Below, one piece after another: positions 1-8,400 of a stretch of 16,499 bases of DNA (position 1 is its first letter; every line of letters begins with the position of its first letter). The stretch lies in NCBI GenBank assembly GCA_040752415.1, contig JBFMGU010000237.1, positions 1 through 16,499 on the forward strand, in the 5' to 3' direction. Under the pieces are notes generated by a model. The model was not told the origin of the DNA. It searched no databases and was given only the letters and a program-made list of their open reading frames with translations. The position numbers were made by a program, and so were the translations under genes. The stretch comes from Myxococcota bacterium (GTDB taxonomy: Bacteria > Myxococcota > JACRCW01).

Positions 1-1960
1 TCTCCGGCTGCGTGGGCGGAGGCTGCACGGGCGGCGTGGGCGTGGCCGACGGCGGCGGCGCCTGCTCCGGCTGCGTGGGCTCCGGAGCGGGCTGCATCTG
101 CTGGGCCTTCAGCCGCGCCTCCAGGTTCTGGATGTAGCGGTAGGTGAAGACACCCGCGGCACCCACGCCAATGCCCAGCACCACGAACAGCGCCACCAGG
201 CCGCGCTTTGACGACGACGCGGGAGCCGGCGGCGGCACGGGCCGCTGCACCGGCATGGTGACCGGCGGCTGGGTCATGGCCAGCGTGGGGCGCTCGGTGG
301 CGGGGATGGGGATGGACGGCGGCACCGTGTTGCGACGCTCCGCCGCCGGGTGCGGCCGCAGGCTGGTCAGCGCGTCGTGGATGCCCATGGGCTGCGGCTC
401 GCCGCGACCGCCCTTTTCCGAGAGCGTGGGCTCGTCGTGGATGAGCTGGTCCGCGGCGGAGGGCACGGGGAGGAGCTTGCCGGACTCACTCGGGTCGTCG
501 GGGAGCGGCGGCGGGGGGCCGTACTCGCCGGAGACGTGGCCGTTCCTGGTGGCGCCGTTGCCCTTGCCCTTGGGCTTCTTGCCCGGGCTGGTGCTGCCCT
601 CCCCCTTGGCGCCCATCTCCAGGGCCTCCCGCGCTTCCTTACGCTTGGGCGGCTCGTCGGTGATCTTGTCCTCGTTGGCCAGATCCTCGTCGTCAGCGGG
701 CTTCTTGGGACGCAGCCGCTGCTCGCTGGTCTCGTTCCCGTCCGCCTCGGCCACCTTGGCGGAGTTGAGCGCCACCACCGGGGTCTCGTCGGAGGCGGGC
801 GTGGCGCGCAGCTCCGCGGGAATCTCGGTGACGTCGGTGCTCTGCTCCGGGGACGGCGCCTGCTCCAGCATGATCACCGAGCTCTCGCTCAGCTCCGGCA
901 GGCTGCTCTCCCGCTGCTCCTCCAGGCCCGGCGCGTCGTGGACGTCGCTGTCCGCGGGCGGCGCGGGCGGCCGTGACGACGCGGGAACGGAAGGCGCGGG
1001 ACGGTTGACGATGTCGTCGCCGGCGGCGGCCAGCTCGCTCAGCGCCTCGGCGAACTCGCCGGCGGTCTGGAAGCGGGAATCCGCGCTCTCATGCAGCGCC
1101 CGACGGAGCAGCGCATCCACCGGCCGCGCCAGCCCCTCGAAGGCCTTCTGCATGGCCTTGTTGTTGTGCCCCTCGTACAGCTCGCCGGTGAGCATCTCCG
1201 CCAGCATCACACCCAGCGAGTAGATGTCCGCGCGCCCGTCGATGCGGGAGGCCTCCAGGCGCACTTCCGGCGCAATGTACTGGAACGCCGCGCCGCGGCT
1301 CTTCTGGATGGCCAGGAACGGCTTGGTGGGCAGCGCCTGGATGAGACAGAAGTCCGTGACCTTCAACAGGTCCGGCAGCACCAGCACGTTCTCCGGCTTG
1401 AGGTCGCCGTGCCACACGGTCTTGTGCGCGTAGTCCAGCGCCGCGGCCAGCTGCTGGAAGATGGGCTCCACCTCCTGCAGGCTGAAGACCTGGTTCTTCT
1501 CCCGACGCAGCTGGATGATCTTGCGCAGCGTCAGGCCTTCCAGCAGCTGCATGGTGAAGAAGCGCCGCTCACCCTGCGGGCCCACGTCCCGACCCTCGTC
1601 GTAGATGCGGACGATGTTGGCGTGGTGCAGCTTGCGCGCCGTCTTGATGAACTTGCTGAAGGTCTTCTGCTCGTCGGTGGTCTGGAGCAGCTTGGGGGCC
1701 ACCGCCTTCAGCGCCACGTCGACGTCAATGTCGGTGTCATGCGCGCGGTAGACCGTGCCCACGCCACCCGTGCCCACCACGTCCAGGATCTTGTACCGCT
1801 CCGCCACCGTCTCGCCGATGGAGAAGATGGCCTGGGGCGCGCGGGTGCTGGACTGCTTGCGCTTGCTCTTCTCGTCGTTGCCGCTGCCAAACACATTCCC
1901 GCAGGAAGGGCACTTGGCACTCCCGTCCGGCGCGTAATGTCCGCAGCGATGGCACAGCAC
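1..1960 (-). CDS. Membrane-anchored Ser/Thr protein kinase (Pkn/Hanks type) with N-terminal zinc ribbon; 3' end lies outside the window
   Basis: Translated by hand; it is absent from the ORF track because there is no stop codon in the window. GTG start at 1960 with AGGAG at 1976-1972. It reads MLCHRCGHYAPDGSAKCPSCG (2x CxxC), then RYKILDVVGTGGVGTVY, VALK, LHHANIVRIYD, HGDLKPENVLV, KVTDFC, YIAPE and DIYSLGVMLAEMLTG. A long acidic/Pro-rich linker follows, then a TM helix GLVALFVVLGIGVGAAGVFTY (~140-202) and a Pro/Gln-rich stalk. The frame is open for 653 codons to the edge. Confidence 0.93.
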   Translation of the reverse strand, partial: MLCHRCGHYAPDGSAKCPSCGNVFGSGNDEKSKRKQSSTRAPQAIFSIGETVAERYKILDVVGTGGVGTVYRAHDTDIDVDVALKAVAPKLLQTTDEQKTFSKFIKTARKLHHANIVRIYDEGRDVGPQGERRFFTMQLLEGLTLRKIIQLRREKNQVFSLQEVEPIFQQLAAALDYAHKTVWHGDLKPENVLVLPDLLKVTDFCLIQALPTKPFLAIQKSRGAAFQYIAPEVRLEASRIDGRADIYSLGVMLAEMLTGELYEGHNNKAMQKAFEGLARPVDALLRRALHESADSRFQTAGEFAEALSELAAAGDDIVNRPAPSVPASSRPPAPPADSDVHDAPGLEEQRESSLPELSESSVIMLEQAPSPEQSTDVTEIPAELRATPASDETPVVALNSAKVAEADGNETSEQRLRPKKPADDEDLANEDKITDEPPKRKEAREALEMGAKGEGSTSPGKKPKGKGNGATRNGHVSGEYGPPPPLPDDPSESGKLLPVPSAADQLIHDEPTLSEKGGRGEPQPMGIHDALTSLRPHPAAERRNTVPPSIPIPATERPTLAMTQPPVTMPVQRPVPPPAPASSSKRGLVALFVVLGIGVGAAGVFTYRYIQNLEARLKAQQMQPAPEPTQPEQAPPPSATPTPPVQPPPTQPE

Positions 1961-2007
1961 GGCGACACGAGCTCCTGGCAGACGATTGGCGGCCTACAAT
2001 GCCGACA

Positions 2008-2036
2008 ATTCTAGAGAAACCCAACTTTTGTCACGG
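2008..2036 (-). promoter_or_regulatory. Candidate sigma70-type promoter for the kinase gene
   Basis: TAGAAT (-10-like) at 2013-2008 in an AT-rich patch about 47 nt upstream of the GTG. The -35 is poor: GTGACA at only 15-nt spacing. Confidence 0.35.
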
Positions 2037-2138
2037 CGGAGGAGAGCCGGTCAATGGATCTGACGGGACGGGTGGGACGGGTTGTGGCGGGGCTTTGGGC
2101 ATGGGCGTACCCAACGGCCCAGCCCTGCAACGGATCTT

Positions 2139-2615
2139 TCACCTCGTGCCGGTGCTGCCAAAACCGCCCTGGCCTCGCGCGCTGTCCGGGAGCGCAGGCA
2201 CAACCTGGACCTCCAGCGGGTGCGCCACCGGGGCAATCACCAGCTGCGCAATCCTGAGGCCGCGCGTGATGGCAAAGGGCCGGTCCGAGTGGTTCACCAG
2301 AATCACCGCCACCTGCCCGCGGTAGTCCGCGTCGATGGTGCCCGGCGCGTTCAGCACGGTGACGCCGTGGTTGGCGGCCAGCCCCGAGCGCGGGCGCACC
2401 TGGCCCTCGTATCCGGGCGGAATGGCCACCGCCACACCGGTGGGCACGCGCATGGAGCGACCGGGCAGCAGCAACCATGGCTCCGGAATCCAGGCCAGCA
2501 GGTCCAGCCCCGCGCTGTGCTCGGTTTGTCGACGAGGAATGGGTGCCGGCTCGCCCACCTCGTCGGGGAGCGGGCGGGCATCCGGGTGAACGGCAATGTG
2601 CAGCGTGATGCTCAT
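2139..2615 (-). CDS. dut: dUTP diphosphatase (trimeric dUTPase), 158 aa
   Basis: All five motifs are present: [30 protein letters not shown] and [13 protein letters not shown] at 2615 is preceded by AGGAGG. The ORF-track extension to 2828 is not supported. Confidence 0.96.
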   Translation of the reverse strand: MSITLHIAVHPDARPLPDEVGEPAPIPRRQTEHSAGLDLLAWIPEPWLLLPGRSMRVPTGVAVAIPPGYEGQVRPRSGLAANHGVTVLNAPGTIDADYRGQVAVILVNHSDRPFAITRGLRIAQLVIAPVAHPLEVQVVPALPDSARGQGGFGSTGTR

Positions 2616-2800
2616 GCGCGCCCTCCTATCGGTGACGGGTGCCCACCGGGGCAAGCGCATTTCAACCGTGACGGCGGTGCGTACGTCGCGACGCAGCCAG
2701 GCGGTCTTCCACCGCGCTGCTGCGTGACGGAGCGGTGGGGCGCGGTTTGGTGCTAGAGGTTCGCCCGGTTCCCGTCCTCGCAACGACATACCAGGACCCC

Positions 2801-5428
2801 ATGGGCGAACAGGCGACAAGCACGGCACTGGTTCCCGCGTCGGAGGATGCCATCTCCTTCCCGGGCCGCGGCCTCCCGGAGCAGACCGGGCTGCTGTTGC
2901 GCGGGTTCAGCCACCGCTACCTGGACCCCATCACGTACGACCCGGCCGACGTCGAGCGCATCCGCCGCCTGGGTGAGAAGGGCGTGGTGGTGTACACGCA
3001 CCGCTCGGCCAACTGGGTGGACCTGCTGTTCCTGCAACGCAACATCCCTCGTCACAACCTGCCGCGCGCGGAATACGTGGCCGGGTTTGACAGCCGCATC
3101 TTCCATCCCGTCTGGACCTGGCTGAAACGCGACGTGGAGCCCGGCGCTCCCGACGACCCCGTCGAGCGCGAGGAGTGGCGCCTGCGCGTGACGTTGGAGC
3201 AGGAGAAGAGCGCGCTGGTCTTCCTCAAGCATCCCGCCACGCTCATCAACCCGCGTCCGCGTGAGCAGGCCCACTACGCACGCGCCATCATCCGCGCCCA
3301 GCGCAAGCTGCAGAGACCCATCTTCCTGGTGCCGCAGGTCATCATCTGGATCCACCGTCCGGGACACTTCAAGCCGACCCTCGGCGACGTCGTGTTTGGC
3401 ACCTCGGACATGCCGGGTGCGCTGCGCGCCTTTGGCATTGCGTGGCTGCTCTACCGCTGGGCGAAGATCCGCGTGGCCGAGCCGGTGAACGTGCAGGAGT
3501 TCATCGCTCAGAACCCCGGCGCCTCCGACGACGTCCTGGCGCGCAAGCTCCGATTTGCCGTGGCCTACGGGCTGGGTCGCGAGCAGCGCGTGCTCAATGG
3601 ACCGCCGCTGAAGACACACAAGCGCATGAAGGAGGAGACGCTCCGCGACCCCAAGCTGCAGAAGACCGTCCAGGCCCTCACCACGCAGACCAACAAGTCC
3701 GTCCCGGAGCTCTCCGCGCAGGCGCGCTCCCAGTATGACGAGGTGGCAAGCCGTTTTGACGTCGACGTGATGTCGCTGGTGGACTGGATCCTGCGCGGCA
3801 TCTGGAACCGCATCTACGACGGCATGGACGTGGACCCCAACGACATCGCGCGCATCAAGGAAGTGGCGCGCAAGGCCACGCTCATCATGGTCCCGTGCCA
3901 TCGCAGCCACGTGGACTACCTGGTGCTCGGCCAGGTCCTGTACTGGAACGGCATGATGCCTCCCCTGGTGGCGGCGGGCATCAACCTCTCCTTCTGGCCG
4001 CTGGGCCCCATCTTCCGACGAGCTGGCGCGTACTTCATCCGTCGCAGCTTCAAGGGTGATCCGCTCTATCCCCACGTGGTGCGCACCTACCTCAAGCACA
4101 TGCTGCGCGAGGGGTTCACGCAGGAGTTCTTCGTCGAGGGGACGCGCAGCCGCACGGGCAAGACGCTGCCGCCCAAGCTGGGCATGGTGAGCATGATCGT
4201 GGACGCGTTCCTTGACGGGGCGCAGAAGGAGGTCGCGTTCATCCCGGTGTCCATCGGGTACGAGAAGATCGTCGAGAGCGGCTCCTATGCGCGGGAGCTG
4301 GCCGGCGCGGAGAAGGAGAAGGAGTCCATCAAGGGACTGCTCAGCGCGGGCAAGGTGCTGCGTCACAAGTACGGCCGCGTGTATGTGACGTTCGACGAGC
4401 CCATCTTCCTCCGCCAGTTCCTCGCCGAGCGGGGCATCAGCGCCGAGGGCGAGGCCGATCCCGACGCCGTGAAGGGCGCGGTGCGCGCGCTCGGTCACAG
4501 CATCGTCTACGGCATCAATCGCGCCACCGTGGTCACGCCCACCGCCGTGGCCGCGTTGGCGTTGCTGGGTCACCGTCGACGAGGATTGCCACACCGCACG
4601 CTCATCATCTACGCGCAGCGCATCCTGGAGCACGTGCGCACCGTGGCGGGTCCCGCCGCGCGCATCAGCCCGGTGCTCAACACCGACCTCGAGGGCGCGC
4701 TGCGTGAGGCCATGAGCCGCCTGGCCGAAGAGGAGCTCATCAACGTCGAGGGTGCCTCCGGCGAGGTCTTCTACCGGCCCAATGACACCAAGCGCGTCTA
4801 CCTGGACTACTACAAGAACAACATCCTCCATTTCTTCGTTCCCGACGCCATCGTGAGCACCGCGCTGCAGAGCTTTGGTGTCCCGCCGGGACAACCTGTG
4901 CCGCTCAACCAGCTCAGACAGCGCGCCCAGAGCCTCTCCCGCCTGCTCAAGATGGAATTCCAGTTCCGCGTGGGCGTGCGTTTCGAAGCGTTGTTCGAGG
5001 AGGCCCTGCAGCGCAGCGTGGACCGCGGCTACATCCAGCGCACCGACGACGGTGTGTTGCTGCGGGAGCAGGCGGCGCAGCTGGCGTTGTTCGTCTCCAA
5101 CCTGCTCTCCAACTTCATTGAAGGCTACGTGGTGGGCCTGCGCATCCTCGGGGCCGAGGTGACGTCGCCACGGACGCGCAAGGACCTGGTGCAGCTGCTC
5201 ATGGACCGGGCGCGCGCCAGCTTCCTCGCCGGGGAGATGCGACGCAGCGAGGCGGTGAACAAGGCCGTCATGGAGAACGTGGTGGAGTTCGCGGTGGACG
5301 TGGGGCTGCTCATCCCGCAGGGTGAAGCGCCCACCTCCCCGCTTGCGCCGGCGCCGGACCTGGCCGCGCGTGTCAAGACGCTGACCGACGACGCCAGCCG
5401 CTTCCTGGGCGGCCCGCGTGAAACCTGA
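2801..5428 (+). CDS. plsB: Glycerol-3-phosphate O-acyltransferase (PlsB/GPAT family), 875 aa
   Basis: Acyltransferase blocks CHRSHVDY (HX4D), [26 protein letters not shown] and FIPVSIGYE, plus [10 protein letters not shown] in the C-terminal domain. ATG at 2801 follows AGGA at 2793-2796. Confidence 0.93.
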   Translation: MGEQATSTALVPASEDAISFPGRGLPEQTGLLLRGFSHRYLDPITYDPADVERIRRLGEKGVVVYTHRSANWVDLLFLQRNIPRHNLPRAEYVAGFDSRIFHPVWTWLKRDVEPGAPDDPVEREEWRLRVTLEQEKSALVFLKHPATLINPRPREQAHYARAIIRAQRKLQRPIFLVPQVIIWIHRPGHFKPTLGDVVFGTSDMPGALRAFGIAWLLYRWAKIRVAEPVNVQEFIAQNPGASDDVLARKLRFAVAYGLGREQRVLNGPPLKTHKRMKEETLRDPKLQKTVQALTTQTNKSVPELSAQARSQYDEVASRFDVDVMSLVDWILRGIWNRIYDGMDVDPNDIARIKEVARKATLIMVPCHRSHVDYLVLGQVLYWNGMMPPLVAAGINLSFWPLGPIFRRAGAYFIRRSFKGDPLYPHVVRTYLKHMLREGFTQEFFVEGTRSRTGKTLPPKLGMVSMIVDAFLDGAQKEVAFIPVSIGYEKIVESGSYARELAGAEKEKESIKGLLSAGKVLRHKYGRVYVTFDEPIFLRQFLAERGISAEGEADPDAVKGAVRALGHSIVYGINRATVVTPTAVAALALLGHRRRGLPHRTLIIYAQRILEHVRTVAGPAARISPVLNTDLEGALREAMSRLAEEELINVEGASGEVFYRPNDTKRVYLDYYKNNILHFFVPDAIVSTALQSFGVPPGQPVPLNQLRQRAQSLSRLLKMEFQFRVGVRFEALFEEALQRSVDRGYIQRTDDGVLLREQAAQLALFVSNLLSNFIEGYVVGLRILGAEVTSPRTRKDLVQLLMDRARASFLAGEMRRSEAVNKAVMENVVEFAVDVGLLIPQGEAPTSPLAPAPDLAARVKTLTDDASRFLGGPRET

Positions 5429-5444
5429 TCAGACGGAGAACGCC

Positions 5445-8400
5445 ATGCGCGTTTCCTCACTGCACCTGGTGCTGTCGCTCGCCCTGCTGGGAGCGTGCGG
5501 CAAGGAAGGCACCGAGCCATCCACCCCACCCGGCGCCACGCCACCCGCGGGAGCGTTGGGCGGTCTCACCGTCGTGGCCATGGGACCCACGGGAGAAGTC
5601 ACCGGTCCGCTCCAGGTCTTCGTCACGTTCGACAAGCCGGTGGCCAAGCTCGGCGCGCTGAAGGACGAGGACGCGCGTGCGTTCCTGCGCGTGGAGCCCT
5701 CCGTTCCCGGCAAGCACCGCTTCCTGGGCACGCAGACCGTCGTCTTCGAGCCCACCGGAAAGGTCCCGCGTTCCACCGCGTTCACCGCCACGTCACCCGC
5801 GGGCGCGCGCGCCGTCGACGGGACGTCCCTGAAAGAAGACCACAAGGTCCAGTTCACCACGCAGCGACTCGTCCTCGTGCACAGCCGCCCGCCCGAGGGA
5901 TTCAGCCAGGCGGAGTCCACCCCCACCTTCGTGCTGACCTTCAACCAGCCCATCAGCCCCGCCGACGTCACCGCTGCCGCGCGCTTTGTTTCCGTCGACG
6001 GAGGGACCACTGTTCCCGCGGAATGCGCCGCCGTGCCGGGCGACGAGGAGAAGACGCAGGCGAGCTGCAAGCCCAGGTCCGTGCTGCCCACCGCGACGAA
6101 GATGAAGCTGGTGGCGGACGCGTCGCTGCATGGTGCGGAGGGCCTGCTGGGGATGGAGAAGCCGCTGGAGATCAGCTTCCAGGTGCATGGCCCCCTCGAC
6201 GTGCTTGGCGTGGAGTGCCCGGAAGGTTGTCGTCCGGAGATGGGAGCACGGCTGAAGTTCACCACGCCCGTCGTGCCCAAGTCCGCGGCGGATTACATCG
6301 AGTTCACGCCAGCCATCGGCGCCAAGCTGGAGGGCACGTACGCGCAGAGTACGTTCTACCTGCACGGTCTGAAACCCAGCACCACCTACGGCGTGAAGGT
6401 GAAGGCGGGCATGCCGGACGCTTTCGGGCAGCGTCTTGCCGCCGAGAAATCCTTCTCCTTCACCACCGCCCCGACAACACCCGCCGCCAGCTTTCCGCGC
6501 GGCTTCCTCACGCTGGAGCCGGGCAGGACGTTCATTGCTGGCACCAGCGTCAACGCCAAGGAAGTGGAGGTGAGCTTGTGGGCCGTGGCCGACCAGGAAG
6601 CCTCATGGTTCGCGCACGTCCTCGGCGAGGGGCGCTCCGACCTCTCCGTGCGCACCGCGGATTCCAAGCAGACCGTGCCCCTTGCCGGCCCGATGAATGA
6701 GCAGCTCACGACGAAGATCGACCTCGCCAAGGTGCTGACCACGGGTCGCGGGCTCGCGGCGTATGAGCTGCGGTTCCCGCATGTCATGGCGTGGGAGGAC
6801 CATCCCAGGCGCGTCGAGGGCTTCGTCCAGATCACGCCACTCGGCGTCACCGTGAAGGCGTCGCAGCAGAACACGCTGGTCTGGGTGACGGAGCTCTCGT
6901 CGTCAAAGCCGGTGGGGGCCACCAACGTCACGCTCTACAACGCGGACAAGCGCGTGCTCTGGCAGGGCACCACCGACGAGAGCGGGCTGGCCTCCGCCCC
7001 CGGCACCACCGCGCTCAACGCCCGACATGACGAGGCCATCTATGCCATCGCGCGCCGTGGTGACGACGTGGCGCTGGGCTCCTCCGCGTTCACCGACGGA
7101 ATCAGTCCGTGGGAGCTGGGCGTGGAGCAGAGCTGGGCGGGCCCGCGCGGCGAGGTGGCCGGCCTCCTGTTCACCGACCGCGGCGTCTACCGCCCCGGCG
7201 AGACCATGCACGTGAAGGCCATTGCGCGCATGCTGATTGCTGGCGAGCTCTCGGTGCCAACCACGCGCAATGCCACGCTCGTGGTCACCGGTCCCACGGG
7301 TGACGACGTCCTCACGCGCAAGATCAAGCTCACCGCCCTGGGAACCACCGCCGTCAGCATTCCCATCGACGCAGGCTCCCGGCTTGGCACCTACACGCTG
7401 CGCCTCTCCCTCGACGACCAAGGCGACCTCAGCCTCTACACCAACGTGCAGGTCGAGCAGTTCAAGGCGCCCGACTTCAAGGTGGAGGTGACGACGTCCA
7501 AGAGCGAGGCCATCAAGGGAGAGACCGTGTCCGCCGTGGCGCGCACGCTGTACCTGTTCGGCGCTCCGCTCGCCGACGCGCGCAGCACCTGGACCGTCTC
7601 GCGGCAGCCCACGTCATTCTCGCCGCCGGGCGTGGAGGGATTCACGTTCTTCGACGACACGCGTTGGTTGGACCAGGAATCCATGGACTCCGCCACGCTC
7701 GCCAACGGCCAGGCCCAGACCGCCGCCGACGGGAGCATCACCCTGCAGGCGGTGATGGGCGCGGAGGTGATGAAGGGCCCGGACAATGCCGTGTTTGAAG
7801 TGACGACGGTGGACCCCTCGGGCCAGGCCGTCACCGGGCGCGCGACCGTGCTGGTGCACCCCGGTGAGTTCTACCTGGGTCTGCGCTCGCAGCGCTCCAT
7901 GGTGCAGGCGGGCAGTCCCATTGACGTCGAGGCGGTGGCCCTGAAGCCGGATGGAACGCCCGCCTCCACCACGGCGCGCGGCGTACTCTTCCGTCGGGAA
8001 TACAAGGCGGTGAAACAACAGGGCGTGGGCGACGCCATGGAGACGTTGCAGACCCACGAGGACGTGGAGGTCACGAGTTGCGAGCTGAAGGACCTGGGGA
8101 AGGACCCGCGCAAGTGCTCGCTCACGCCGCCCTCGGCGGGTCTGTACATCCTGTCCGTCGTGGGGAAGGACACCAGGGGCAATCCGCTGCGTTCCTCGAC
8201 GGTGCTCTGGGTGTACGGCCCAGGAGAAGCGCCTTGGTCCGTCGATGACACGCTGGCCGTGAAGCTGGTGGCGGACAAGAGCTCGTACAAGCCGGGCGAG
8301 GTGGCACGTGTGCTCATCCAGAACCCGTTCCCCAAGGCGCACGCGCTGGTCACCGTGGAGCGTGGCGGCGTGGCGGTGCGGCAGGTCATGGAGCTCACCG

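Noticed and set aside
144..2014. Long plus-strand ORFs 144..1223, 350..976 and 1091..2014
   Set aside because: Antisense shadows of the kinase gene; Ser/Gly-rich or patternless translations with no motifs.
2139..2615. dUTPase as a phage or mobile-element marker
   Set aside because: No integrase, att-like repeat, phage gene or obvious compositional shift nearby; it fits a chromosomal dut.
2616..2828. N-terminal extensions of dut (to 2828) and plsB (from 2735) given in the ORF track
   Set aside because: They would overlap each other head-to-head. Good RBS-ATG pairs exist at 2615 and 2801.
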